Positions 37,501 through 51,082 of a stretch of DNA of 64,000 nt are shown piece by piece. Below the pieces are notes generated by a model that was given only the letters and a program-made list of their open reading frames with translations, searched no databases and was not told the DNA's origin. Location: positions 3,720,001 to 3,784,000 of the forward strand of contig NC_042999.1 of NCBI RefSeq assembly GCF_006345805.1, read 5' to 3'. How positions within the stretch are numbered: position 1 is the first letter of the stretch; each line of letters opens with the position of its first letter. Position numbers and translations under genes: made by a program. This DNA is from Octopus sinensis. Lineage: Eukaryota.

Positions 37501-37895
37501 ACACAAGGTCATGTAGGGGAACATGGAGTTATGTACAGGGTGGTGTTCATGTAAAGAGTTCAGGCCACTTGAGGTCAAGGGAGACTTTGAACCGAGCGGT
37601 CGTCGGCATCTTCACCATCTCGTCTGGCAGCTTATTCCATGGACCCGCAACCCGGATGGAGAAAGCCTCTCTCCTTCGATTGAGATGAAATCGTCGCAGA
37701 TAGAGCTTTTCGGAATGACCCCGCAGCCGACGCTCTGGAGCAGGAGTGAAGAACAGCTCTTTCGAGAGGTTACGCTTTCCGCTTATGATGTTGTGAGCAA
37801 GAATGAGATCTCCACGGCGGCGGCGTTTTTCTAGAGAATAAAAGTCCAGCGTCTTCAGCCTTTCTTCATAAGACAAATTCTTGAGACCAAGCCAC
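37501..37895 (-). mobile_element. CR1 LINE 3' fragment
   Basis: ORF 37547-37876: SYEERLKTLDFYSLEKRRRRGDLI...LRGHSEKL...RRE.FS.RV..PWNKLP. Confidence 0.9.
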
Positions 37896-38744
37896 AGTTG
37901 AGCACTGGGATCAATGTAATCAACTCACACTTCCCCCAAAGTTGCTGGCCTTGCGTTAAGATTTGAAATCACAGTTAATGGTGCTGGGTAAAATTCCAAA
38001 TGGTTGCACAGCAGGCAACATTCTGCTCCTTAAATAATTAAAAGAAAATTCTTTGACAGCTTAGGAAAATAAGCAGTACATTAATGTAATTCTAGATACG
38101 CCCATCACCACCACTGCTGCCGCCAAAAGGAAAATCTGAAAGGTTTGAAATGTATTTGATTGTAGATTCAACTTGATCGGCCAAACAGCAATTTACTTGG
38201 TATGGCAATCAATGTCAAAATCTCACTCCCTTAAAATGAAACTCCCAACAATACTTAAAATGACAATCATGTCTGATTCAGTCTCAAATATCAGGATGGT
38301 GTACCACACAAGGGAGATGGCAAAATCATGACTGGAATACCATTGGCCTGTGGAAGTTCAATGTCAGCTGATGCACTGAACATCTTATATTTGCATACCA
38401 AAGAAAAATAATGGATTGGTTGTTTCTTTGTAAGTATCTGTAGAAACCCTATTTATGCAACTCATCTTTCAACCCAACCTCCCCCCTTTTCCCAGTAACC
38501 CCTATCACTAATCTTTCTCTCTTCCTTGTTCTCTACCATGCTCCTCCCCATCTTCTCCTCTTATATTTCATCTCTCATCTCTCTACCTTGCTTAGAATCC
38601 TTATCCATGCAGTTCTTTCCCCTTCAGTTACAGGGACCACTTTTAGGCCCTTAGCCTTGCAAGGCATGAAGGAACCCTCACAAGTGCAAGTACTGGTGCT
38701 AAAGAGGAAATAAAATAAACACCCAGTACACTTTGTAAAAGTGG

Positions 38745-39010
38745 AGGCACATGGCCTGGTGGTTAGAGCAGCAGACTCATGGTCAAGGGATTGTGGGTTC
38801 GAATCTCAGACCGGGCAAGTTGTGTGTTTATGAGCGAAACACCTAAGCTCCACGCGGCTCTGGCAGAAAGTAATGGTGAACTTCTGCTGACTCTTTAGCC
38901 GCAACTTTCTCTCACTCTTTCCTCCTGCATCTTGCAGCTCACCTGTGATGGACCGGCATCCCATCCAGGTGAGGAACCTATACGCCAAGGAAACCAGCCC
39001 TTATGAGCAA
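38745..39010 (+). mobile_element. tRNA-derived SINE, family D
   Basis: A-box tggcctggtggttagagc, B-box ggttcgaatct; gagcgaaacacctaagctccacg shared with 49918-50180. Confidence 0.7.
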
Positions 39011-41354
39011 GGCGTGGCTCAAGAAGGAACAAACAAGAACAAGCAACACTTTGTAAAAAGAATGGCACAAGGAAGAACATCCTGCCATAGAAACCGTGTC
39101 AAAGTAGACATTGGAGCAAAATGTATCCCACCATCGCATCAGAGCCTGTCAAACTGTCCAACGCATGCTGGCATGGAAGATGGACATCAAAGGATGCTTG
39201 ACAAAACACAAATGCTACATGGCTACAAACCCCCCCCCCAAAAAAAAGTGACAACAATAACAACAACTAAAGCAACAACGTTCAATATACATGACTCTAC
39301 TTTCTTGTGGTGTTGGATATCATGAGAAAACAAGCAGAAAGGCAATTAACCCTTCCTTCAGGCTAGAATGGAGATTACAGAGGAAGGGTGGGAGAGAAGG
39401 ATTAATTCTCTGCTGCAGGGCAAGCAGTGGCAGTGTACGATTAATGAATGTTTCACTGGTAAATAGCAGCGAGTTTCAAAGTCTCCAGATGACCAACACA
39501 TACGAAAAGATGATATTCAAAGAAAAACACAGTAGTAGCAGCATCGTCATCATCATCAGATGCATTGCTTTCTAGGTGTGCTGACATCAGATGGATGGTT
39601 CAATGGGATCCAACAGTTAGTGTGAAGGCCATTGTGGGTGGTCGATAGGGAAACCTATAAGAAACTTAGAGACATGTGCGGGGATAGAATTGACCCTGCT
39701 GGAGCATTGGTGGAGTTCAATGAGCTGCCACCAGTAATTGATTTGTTAGAACTGGAGCTGTATATGAGACGTTAAAAGAGGAAGAAAAAAAAGGTAAAAT
39801 TACTTTGTTTGTTTTTTTTTTAAAAAGGAAAAAAAAGAAAAGAAAATGTTTTTGAAGTAAAAAAAACGATAATTAAGGAAAGAAAAAAAACACATCAGAT
39901 AGAGTGACAAGACTGTGTGTACAAACGTTCAAATGGTACTGCATGAGGAGTGGGGCCCATGCAGCCATTTCATCTTCCATTATTATATAAATATTCATAG
40001 TCATTTGTTTTATGTTTATTGTCCCCACTGTGGTGTTGTGTCCTTGTAGTGTCCCCTCTGTGTTAGTGGCCAAAATAAAGAAAGTGAGTTAAATGGATTA
40101 TGTGTTCCTCCAGCATGATTTCCAAGGCTGGATGCCCTTCCTAATAGCAACCACTTTACAGAGAGTCCTAGGTATTTTTGTCTTAGCACTGGTACTAGTG
40201 GTGAGGTTGCTTTGAATGAGAAGAAGGATGGGAAGTAGGGTGGTTGCTGTATTTGAGATGTTGAGGAGTTTAAGGTGATGTTGAGGTGTGAAACAAGAAG
40301 AGGTTTAATGCTGTGGAGGCAATTTATGGCTACCTCACATTTTACATGGGTGGATGAGAATGGCTGGATTGGTGCCAGAAAGAGAGATAAAGATGGTGGT
40401 GACAAGGTGCCAGAATGCACCCTCAAGGCAACATAACTAAAGAAGGTGAAAGTAAAAGATATCTAGCAAAAGACAGTTGGTGTTAGGAAGGGCATCCGGC
40501 TGTAGAAACCATGTCGTAACAGACAATTGGGAATCTGGATAGCTCCCTGCCCAAACCATGCCAGCATGGTAAAGGGATGTTAAACAATGAAGATGATGAT
40601 AATGATGATGAGGAGGAGGAGGAGGTTAGAGATATGTAAAGAGTAAATGTAGCGAATGTTGAAGCAAAATTACTAGAATAAAAAACCCATTAACAATAAT
40701 ATAATCATCAAGTCTGCTTTTATTTCCTGAATCTGTCTCAACCAATTTGAGTTCCATTCAGAACAGCACACATTGCATATAACGATTAATAACTTAGCAC
40801 ATCTGCAGTACATCCTCCAATGATTAAACTAATAAATGCCAACAGAACAACAGAAAATGTCACAGAATCTATAACTACCATTAGTAACTAATGGTACTAC
40901 AAGAGACTTAGTAACAATTAATAGTAAATCACCAAATTGTGGCTGGATAATATATCTAAGCTACATATTCTAGTAATATGCAATAAGGTAGTTGGTAATA
41001 CTAAATTTTGGTTACAAATAAAGCATTTATGAAGTTGGTAAAATGAATGTAAAGATTGTGGTCACATAAGAATGTGAATAGCTAGAAGTGCCAAGCAAGT
41101 AGGAGAAATTCATTCTTTGCCAAAATAATTCTTAAAGCATATTTAAATTATTAAAAGGCAGCCCAAAAAAGTACACTTGCCGGAATATACTAATATAGAC
41201 TTTATACTAATATATTAATATATTAATATCAGACAGGTTCACAACCAAGGAATTAATAACAGATTTCAAATAATTTTATTGAAAGATTGTATGTTAGATG
41301 TAGACAAAATTTTTGTGAACAAAACTTTTCATGTCAGAACTCAAAGGAACTTCA

Positions 41355-41620
41355 TTATCATCATCATCATCATCGTTTAACATCTGTTTCCCATGCTAGC
41401 ATGGGTTGGACGGTTCAACCAGGGTCTGGGAAACCAGGAGGCTGCACCAGGCTCCAGTCTGATCTGGCAGTGTTTCTACAGCTGGATGCCCTCCCTAATG
41501 CCAACCACTCTGTGAGTGTAGTGGGTGCTTTTTGCGTGCCACTGGCATAGGGGCCAGAGGAGGATGGCAAACTGCCACAATCAGTTGGTGCTTTTACAAG
41601 TCACCGACACGGACATCTAT
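41355..41620 (-). mobile_element. family C element
   Basis: (CAT)n plus core. Confidence 0.7.
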
Positions 41621-42924
41621 CTGTAGTACATGACCATACCAACACAAACGTCTCTCCTGCACACTGTATCTGATGCTTCTTACGTCCAGCATTTCTCTCA
41701 GGGCGTTTACACTCTGTCGTGCATGGACACTGACATTGCACATCCAGCGGATCATAGTTATTCAATATATTCAAATCCTCTTTTCAATGAACTCCACTCT
41801 TACCAAATTAGGAACACATACTTTTAGATCAGTCTTTCTCAAGGTGGTGTGAATGCCCTGCCAGTGGGGAAAATAAACACAGAAATCCTCTTGTTAAACG
41901 TAGAGATCAGACTTATCATAGTTACATCATCTTTAAAGTTTGAAGACTAAATTCCATAGTATTCCCCCTTCTGGTTGCACTAGTGATACAAGAAATACCA
42001 CTGACATGATGGACAGACAAGGACTAAAAGTGAAGGACAACAGCATACAAATGACAAAGGAGAGCACAGAAACAATGAATAGAGTAGGGCTTCTTTCAGT
42101 TTCTGTGTATGAAATCCACTGACAATGTTTTGGTCAACCTGGGGTTATAATAGAAGACACTTGTTTGAGGTATCACACAGTGGGATAGAACCTGAAACCA
42201 TGTGGTTGGGAAGCATACATCATAACCACACAACCATGCCTCTGTGTGTGTGTGTTTTTATGTGTATACATGCATGCTCACATGTGCATGTGTGTATACA
42301 CTAAATCTGTTCATGGTAGATGTATATATCTTTTAGAAAATCAAAGTGGGGCACAGGACATAAAAATTTGAGAAATACTGCTTTAGATCTATCATTTATG
42401 GACAATATAGACACGCAAGGCAGCTGCGAGAGCTGTTAATTTGCTATCACCATATCATCCGCCTACATCATTATTCAGGTTTCTGTTCCTATAAGTATTA
42501 ATAGACCACACTGTTGCAAAGACCAGACCCGTCTTTTATTTGCACTTTTACTGTCTTATTCTGTATTGCTACATCAGAATTATCAATAACTGCTCACCCA
42601 TATTCTTCAATGAACACCTGTCTAAGCTGCTAAAATCAGTCATGCATTAATAAAGGTAGTCACGCAGTGTTGATTTGTTATTGAAGCATATGACCTCAGA
42701 TTTATTATAAAGAGTGGAGTAAAAATGAGAAAGTGATGTTCATGAATTTATTAAAGTAATTAGAGATGTATGTAAGGCAAAAATAGTCACGATAACAAAA
42801 CACAGTGAAATTGTGAACTTAACTCATAAATCGATCACCATTAACACAGCTTGGTGCTCAGGCAGGAATGTTAATTTGAAGATCTTTAACACTAAACACT
42901 TGTTTCCAAGTTGCTACCAGTACC

Positions 42925-43285
42925 ATCATCATCATCATTTAACGTCCGTTCTCCATGCTAGCATGGGTTGGACGGTTCGACCGGGGGTCTGGGAGGCCAG
43001 AAGGCTGCACCAGGCTCCGGTCTTATCTGGCAATGTTTCTACAGCTGGATGCCCTTCCTAACGCCAACCACTCCGTGAGTGTAGTGGGTGCTTTTTACGT
43101 GCCACCTGCACTGGTGCCAGGCGAGGCTGGCATTGGCCACGGTCGGATTGGTGCATTTTACGTGCCACCGGCACAGAAACCAGTCGAGGTGGCACTGGCT
43201 TCGGCCACGATTTGGATGGTGCTTTTTACGTGCCACCGACACGGAAGCCAGTCGAGGCGGTGCTGGCATCGGCCACGATTCCATT
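42925..43285 (-). mobile_element. family C element with three internal units
   Basis: tggtgc(t/a)ttttacgtgccacc x3. Confidence 0.75.
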
Positions 43286-44317
43286 AGATACAAAATGGTT
43301 ATGTATATACAGCATGGCTGCAGTCAAATGATACAAGCAAGTAAAAAAATAAAAGCTTAGAAGAATAAAACAGTTATTTTATTGCACATAGATCAAAATT
43401 TAGAAAAAAGAATTTGAAAATGCAGTGGGAGTCCTTTAGATGGTTCTGTAACAGGATGAAAGGTCTGTAACACTGGAAGGGTGCAGCTCACATCCCTTAC
43501 ATTAAATTATTAATCGAAGGAAAAGCCAAGACTTCCAAATATCTTCAACAACATAAATATTTTATTTCTGGATTCATAATATATACATTCTTCTTCAGGG
43601 CGAATTGGTAGCCTAGGAGCTAGTCACAGTAGTCAAGTGGAGTGAGCCAAATCCAAGATTTTATCAAACCAGTTTATGTAAAACATCTAGTTATGCTCTC
43701 TACCATTGGAGCAACCTTCTGATATGCTGCTATAACTTCCAAAGCCATAAATGTTCCACTATAACAATCCAGTTTTTGTCCCTATTGCTGTATATATATA
43801 ATGATAAATATCAAAGAATGGAGTTTGCAAATCATTTTAATATTTCATTTACAATTGTTTCATCAATATTTAATATAACCAATTTTGCATAATGTCGTAA
43901 CCATGTCAGCAAGTATTGATTAATTTCCATGTGCTATGGTAGGATTTCTTTTACAGTGCATGCTGAAAATGATTCCTCAGAACTCTGTAAAACCAAAATG
44001 AAAAACAGAAATGTGCTGATTGATTCTGCTGTCCGGCAATTAAGTGGTAACAAGGAAAAGCTTCCTAGTTTTCAATTTTCAAATTGCCGATATTTGTAGA
44101 AGTGTTGCTTGTGGTAAACACTAGGGATTATATACCCCTATATAAGTCTAATACATTTCCTATCCTGAAGGGGAAACTGAAACCCTTAAGAAATTGGTTC
44201 CAAATGAGGTGTAAAAAAATTTTATTAAATATAATACTGACACATAGTCATGTTCTCATAAAACATAAGTGCTTCCCATACATATGAATATATGTATGTG
44301 TGTTAATATAGTATTTG

Positions 44318-44717
44318 TTTATTCTTTTGCTTGTTTCAGTCATTTGACTGTGGCCATGCTGGAGCACCACCTTTAGTCGAGCAAATCGATCCTAGAGCTT
44401 ATTCTTTGTAAGCCTAGTACTTAGTCTATCGGTTTCTTTTTGCCAAACCACTAAGTTACAGGGACGTAAACACACCAGCGTCAGTTGTCAAGCGATGCTG
44501 GAGGGGCAAGCACAGACATACAAACACACACACACATACATATATATGTAAACATATATACGATGAGCTTCTTTCAGTTTCTGTCTACCAAATCCACTTT
44601 GGTCAGCCTGAGACTATAGTAGAAGATACTTGCCCAAGGTGCCACACAGTGGGACTGAACCTGGAACCATGTGGTTGGTAAGCAAGCTACTTACTACACA
44701 GCCACTCTTGCACCTAT
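44318..44717 (-). mobile_element. SINE family A
   Basis: Full-length copy. Confidence 0.85.
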
Positions 44718-45530
44718 ATTGTTTACATATGAAACAAAACTGAAGAATATACGTCATGGTTTTCCTTGGAACACCAACCGATGTCAACTGACTTTGTTAT
44801 AACTACAAAATTACCAGTCAAACATTATCAAAATACAGCGATAATGTTAAAGCTTAAAATAATCACATAACCATTTTGTTGAGCAAAATTAAAATAACTT
44901 TGGAAACACTAACACAAACATTAACACCATGTTGATTTTTTCATGGTTCTATGTTGGATATCACTTTCCTAGCATCTAAGCAGAATAATAATGATTGTAT
45001 CAATATCGTGCCATTACTGTGAAATTTGAATATGACTTGTTTCTTGGAGTCAAATAAAAATCACTGACTTGATTACATTATGCCGGAGCATGATTTCTTG
45101 CGTCGTAAGAAGCTTGGGTACACAGACTGCAACAATTAATTCTTGACTGAGATAGACATTACCTGTGTTAAGCAGCTTTCTCGTTGTTTCACTTTGCTGT
45201 TGCTGAATGGAAAGATTGGCAGGATTAAAACGAAGGTGTGTTGATATGTAACTTGATAGCAAGTGGATATCGGAAGACAGAAGGAAAAAGATGGAGCAGT
45301 AATCTTCTGAATAAAGAACTAGATTTATAGGCACAGGTGAGGTCTTGTGGTTAAGTAGTTTGCTTACTAACCATGTCATTCTGAGGTCCTCTACTATAGC
45401 TCCTGGTTGGCTAAAGACTCATGAGTAGATAAGGGAGATGGAAACTAAAAGAAGCCCTTTATGTGTGTATGCATGTTTACATATATATATCATCTCTCTC
45501 ATCATCTAATAGACTGCGTGTACATATTAT

Positions 45531-45562
<32 letters not shown>

Positions 45563-45660
45563 CATACATACATATTATATATATATATATACACACGCAC
45601 ACACACATATATATTTATATGTTATATATTATATATATATATATTATATGCATATGTATT

Positions 45661-46207
45661 TCGCTTCCGCAGGATGAAAAAACATCAGCTAAGTCCCGAC
45701 CTGTTTCCTTTTATTGTTTTTGCAAGCCTTATTATTATTGTATCCCCATCTAATAGCGTTATCGTTGTCTTTCGTCTCAAATGATAGCTGAAGCATAAAA
45801 ACTTTCAATCCAAAAAATTATTCACACCACCGCAAAGCATTCATCTCAACCACTTCTTCTTTCTGCCGCCTAAACCTATCTCCCAATTCTCTCTCTCGCT
45901 ATGTGGTGTCGGTTCTACCTCTGTTTTCACTGTTCTCTCTCTCTCTTCTTCGGTATATATTCACTTCACTCGGTTCCGCAGGATGAAAAAACATCAGATA
46001 AGTTCCCGACCTGTTTCCTCTTTTCATTTGGTTTTGCAAGCCTTATTATTATTGTATCCCCATCTAATAGCGTTATCGTTGTCTTTCGTCTCAAATGCTA
46101 GCTGAAGCATAAAAACTTTCACTCACAAAAACTTATTCAACACCACCGCAAAGCATTTCATCTCAAACCCTGTGCTCTTTCTGCCGCCTAAAACCTCATC
46201 TCCCAAT
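45661..46207. repeat. direct duplication of ~230 bp
   Basis: ttccgcaggatgaaaaaacatcag...ctcccaat at ~45665-45888 and ~45974-46207; copies differ mostly by small indels. Confidence 0.85.
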
Positions 46208-46469
46208 GCGCGGTGCGCCCGCCCTACCCCCCCCACCACCAATACCAGATATCTCTATATTTTGCTCCATCTATACCGGATGTCGATTCTCCCACCACCA
46301 TTATAGGTGGTCTACTCTTCGAACCCCCCTCTCAATACGCATTTAACCATGCATTACCCCTCTCTCGATATCTACATTCTACTTGCCTAGAACCTGTCAT
46401 CATTTCTCTGAACACCCCCTCCCCAATGTGCTCCCTATATTTCTGCACCCCCCCCACACATAAAAAGCA

Positions 46470-46708
46470 CCATCCGAACGTGGCCGATGCCAGACCCCTC
46501 GGCACCTGTGCAGGTGGCACGTAAAAAGCACACACTACACTCGCGGAGTGGTTGGCGTTAGGAAGGGCATCCAGCTGTAGAAACACTGCCAGACTAGACT
46601 GGAGCCTGGGGCAGCCCCGAGCTCCCCAGACCCCGGTCGAAACCGTCCAACCCGTGCTAGCGCGGAAAACGGACGTTAAACGATGATGATGATGATGATG
46701 ATGATGAT
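46470..46708 (+). mobile_element. family C 3' end (young, CpG-rich)
   Basis: ggcacgtaaaaagcac...ggacgttaaacgatgatgat. Confidence 0.8.
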
Positions 46709-46720
46709 ATGTATGTATAT

Positions 46721-46999
46721 ATATATATAAATTAGAGAAAAACCACTATTATGCAATTCTAACAATGATAGACATAAACCAAATCATAAAGAAAAATAAA
46801 ATATATTATAAAACATATAATTATATCACAAAAAGTATAAAAATAATAAGTAATAAGTAATATATTGTTTATTCATTTTTATACTTTTTATGATATAATT
46901 ATATGTTTTATAATATATTTCCTTTTTTCTTTATGATTTGGTTTATGTCTATCATTGTTTGAATTACATAATAGTGGTTTTTCTCTAATTTATATATAT
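46721..46999. repeat. AT-rich palindrome (~125-bp arms)
   Basis: aattagagaaaaccactattatg...cataatagtggtttttctctaatt; downstream tail resembles 52560-52665. Confidence 0.85.
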
Positions 47000-47092
47000 T
47001 ATATATTTATATTGTGGAATTTGATTTGATACAAAACTGAATTTTTCCCTGTGAATTTGGAGTTATACTCCCTAATATTATTATTATTATTA

Positions 47093-47148
<56 letters not shown>

Positions 47149-48319
47149 TATATCTGCTAATGGGCTTCAGGACAGTTTCTATTTACCAAATTTCTTTCAC
47201 AAAGCATTGGCCTGCTGAAAGCCATGGCAGAAGATACTTGCCCACAATGCCATGCAAAAGGATTGAAAATGAAACCACATGGTTGTAAAGTAAAATCCTC
47301 AACCACACAGCCATGACTGCACCTTAACAATGACAGGAATAAATCATCTGATTATTCAGCTAAACAGATCCAGTAATTCCATTGGTTTCAAGCAAAAATG
47401 ATTTCCATGATAGGAAACTTTGGATCTCCATAAAACCTGTCCATGTTCAGGATTACATTTGAATTATGTAAAACATCTAGAAATTTCTGGGGTTTTTTCC
47501 CCCTTCACCATCTACATAAGCTTTCGTTGTATGGGAACAGTCACTGTCTTGGAAATGATAATGCATTATTAACATTATCATTTCTTCCAATCCTATGAAT
47601 GTTCCAACACAATGCCAAACATATTTTCATTGGTGTATGCGTACATATGTATGTATGTATGTATCTATCTATCTATCTATCTATCTATATATATATATAT
47701 ACACACATATATATATAAACAATATAGTGGGTGCATATCAATATGTTTGAGTCATTGTAAACATTACAATATCTCAGGAGCATGACAAACATAATTTTGA
47801 ATTCTTTGTTCTCGTTTTCCACCAAATACAGGGGATACATGAAACGTGTGATACAACACAAAAATAGTCAACATCATCTAGATTTCTTAAATGTTCCATT
47901 TTCCAAGCTTGCATGGGTTTGACCAAAGATGTTGAAGCAAAATTTCTACAACTCTTCCTGGCACCAATTCTCACCAGTTTCCAAGTCAGACAATACTTCC
48001 TCATGTTTCCACAGAAGATAGGGTACAAACAATATTGCTTGTGTGACAATGATGTTTGTTCACAACTATTTTGCAGCGTTAACCTGCACCTTTCATACAC
48101 ACACACACACACATATATACACTCAAATGTGTGTATATATAAGAAGTTGAAAATGCACTGGGAGTCTTTTAGAGGGTATATTTCAAAAGGTTTAACTGCA
48201 ATTGAACATGCAGTTGAAAAGACCGCATTATTTATGGGATGATGTAATATCTTCCTACCTGTCTCCTTCCTACCTGCACTCAATCATCCACTTTTACAAA
48301 CTTACCTGTCCACTCATTT

Positions 48320-49194
48320 GATGTAATTCTATGTACCACTACACTCTTGGAGTAGTTGGCGTTAGGAAGGGCATCCAGCTGTAGAAACTCTGCCAGATCA
48401 GATTGGAGCCTGGTGCAGCCATCTGGTTCGCCAGCCCTCAGTCAAATCGTCCAACCCATGCTAGTATGGAAAGCGGACGTTAAATAATGATGATGATGAT
48501 GATGATGGTGATCTCTCTCTTTGTTTCTCTCTCATTTTCCAACTAGGGTAGTCATCTACCCTCTCTACAACAAGACACATGTTTCTGTCCCTCTATCATA
48601 TTGTAATCTATCATCACCAGGCACAAAGCCACCTCCCTCAATTCTTTTCCCTGCTCAGTTGAAAGTCATGCTTTGCAAGTTACATGGCAATATTCCTGGT
48701 GTTCAATATTCAAGTAAAATGCACCCAGTACACTGTAAAGTGATGGCTGGCATTAGGGAGAGATCCAGCTGGAGAAACCATGCCACAGCAGAAAGCAGAA
48801 CTTGGCACAGTCTTCTGTCTTGCTAGCTCCAACACATGCCAGCAAAGAAGACAGATGTTAAGATATTAAGATACCTATGCCAGTAACATGCAAAAAGCAC
48901 CGTCCGAACATGGCTGATGCTGGTGCCGCCTGACTGGCATCTGTGTTGGTGACACGTAAAAGCACCAACTGATCGTGGCTGTTTGCCAGACCCCCTGGCG
49001 CCTGTGCCGGTGGTACGTAAAAAGCATCCACTACACTCACGGAGTGGTTGGTGTTAGGAAGGGCATCCAACTGTAGAAACTCTGCCAGATCAAGATTGGA
49101 GCCTGGTGCAGCCTCCCGGCTTCACAGACCCTTGTCGAACCGTCCAACCCATGCTAGCATGGAAAACGGACGTTAAACGATGATGATGATGATG

Positions 49195-49200
<6 letters not shown>
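48320..49200 (+). mobile_element. two family C 3' ends (48320-48510, 48870-49200) with a diverged piece between
   Basis: Core plus (GAT)n tails. Confidence 0.7.
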
Positions 49201-49238
<38 letters not shown>

Positions 49239-49532
49239 TATATCTTCAGTAAATCATAAATCTGAAAGAGAAACACACACACTCTAAGTTAGAGAGCAGT
49301 AGAGTATTTAGAGAAAGAGAAGTTATGGCTGGTTAATGACCTCGGATATTCTACTAAGAACATTCCTACACCATCTAATGAGCTGTAGACTAGAATGCTA
49401 CTGGAAATAAAAAGGGGAGAGGTTATAAGCCACCAGTCATTAGGGTCTGATGAGATGCATGTAAAGCTAAGCACATTTTGGACACAAAGCCCAGAGTAAC
49501 ACTATGAACTAGTCATAACTATCGTTCTCTAA

Positions 49533-49599
<67 letters not shown>

Positions 49600-49612
<13 letters not shown>

Positions 49613-49910
49613 AAATACAAAATGGGACAAGAATGCAAAACATCCGGACAACTAGGTGATACAAAAAAGGACAACAAAACATCCAGATAGACAATGCAAA
49701 AAAACAAGGATGGATTATTCGAAGCCTTTTATCCTCAGTCAAGAACCAGATCATCCTCGCAATTTCGGCCATTTAATCTTGAGATTGCTCCAATCTGCCA
49801 GCCCCAAGGAAAAACTAAGCTAAGAGCATTAGGTTCCTTGGAAAAAAGCATCGAATCTATACGAAAATAAGGACGGGAAAACAGACGATGTTACACGAAT
49901 ATGAATATAA
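49600..49910 (-). mobile_element. second copy of the 18985-19715 PLE-like family
   Basis: ttcgaagcc...cagtcaagaaccagatcatc..gcaatttcggc...ttaatcttgagattgctcc shared; follows (AT)n. Confidence 0.6.
49723..49789 (-). ncRNA. candidate non-circularly permuted hammerhead ribozyme, copy 2
   Basis: AGCA-AUC/UCAAGA..GGCC-GAAA-UUGC..UCUUGA-CUGAGGA-uaaaa-GGCU; same 67-nt spacing as copy 1. Confidence 0.55.
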
Positions 49911-49917
49911 ATATGTC

Positions 49918-50180
49918 CTAGTGGTTAGGGCAGCGGACTTGCGGTCATAGGATTGCAGTTTCGATTCCCAGACCGGGCGTTGTGAGTGTTTATTGAGCGA
50001 AAACACCTAAAAGCTCCACGATGCTCCGGCAGGGGGTGGTGATCCCTGCTGTACTCTTTCACTACTCTTTCTTCTGTTGGCCTGCTCGCTTAGCTAACGG
50101 GGTGGCGTCATTCAAAGGCTAAAACAATGCAAGGCGCATTGTGACCAGTGATGTGTTACAACATCTGATGGTCTGGTCGG
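49918..50180 (+). mobile_element. SINE family D
   Basis: cctagtggttagggcagc...tttcgattcccagaccgggc. Confidence 0.7.
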
Positions 50181-50634
50181 TCACGGTAATATATATATAT
50201 ATATATAAGACTACATTATCCAGTATGTTCTTCCTTTCATATTTTTGTTAAGATGTGAGATGAGGGAGCTTTAGTTTCTATTTCTAGTGAGGCAAGGAAT
50301 CATTTGGTAGCTTTCTTATTGATTCAGTGATGACAATGATGATAAATGTAGTGAAGGTAATAATGGTAGTGATGTGGTAGGTTTTTTTTTTAAAGTGGTG
50401 AATAAGCATTTTTGCACACATTTATTCGGTGAAGAAGAAGACAAAAAGGAAGATATCGTCAGAGAGAATGACAAAGAGAAGCAGAGAGAAAGAGAGAAAG
50501 AGAGAAGGATGTGAGGTTGATGCTGATGGAAAACATATGAAACATTAAAAACCTACCATACCTCCAGCAGTTTTATATACCGAAAGTGTGTGTACGAGAA
50601 AGAGAGAGATAGAGAGTAACTAGTAATCACATAG

Positions 50635-50676
<42 letters not shown>

Positions 50677-50709
50677 ATCTCTCTCTCTCCCTCTCTATCT
50701 CTCTCCCTA

Positions 50710-50740
<31 letters not shown>

Positions 50741-50751
50741 ACCTCTCTCTA

Positions 50752-50793
<42 letters not shown>

Positions 50794-51082
50794 CCTCTCT
50801 CTATCTATCTCTCTCTCTCTCTCTCATCTCTCTCTCTTTCTCTCTCTCTCTATCTCTCTCTATCTCTATCTCTCTCTGTTTCTCTCTCTCGCTATCTCTC
50901 TCTCTTCTCTCTCTCTCTTTCTCTCTCTCTCTATCTCTCTCTTTCTCTCTCTCTCTTTCTCTCTCTCTCTCTATCTATCTCTCTCTGTTTCTCTCTCTCT
51001 ATCTCTCTTTCTCTCTCTCTCTATCTCTCTCTTTCTCTCTCTCTCCCTCTCTCTCTCCCCCCCCTCTCTCTCTCTCTCTCAC
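50635..51082. repeat. (CT)n/(CTAT)n microsatellite
   Basis: Direct inspection. Confidence 0.95.

Noticed and set aside
38750-38820. tRNA gene-like A and B boxes
   Set aside because: No complete cloverleaf; continues into a SINE body shared with 49918-50180.
39576-39775. Protein-like frame GVLTSDGWFNGIQQLV*RPLWVVDRE...LYMRR with in-frame TGA (selenocysteine or editing idea)
   Set aside because: No known selenoprotein motif or SECIS seen; the adjacent (CAT)n suggests the antisense of a retroelement 3' tail.
45665-45700. Minus-strand CUGAUGU...GCGAAA in the duplicated block
   Set aside because: A9 is not conserved, no stems I or III, and GAAA is absent in the second copy.
47774-48283. Longest non-PLE ORF (169 aa)
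   Set aside because: Overlaps a decayed family C-like repeat and a (CA)n tract; no domain similarity.
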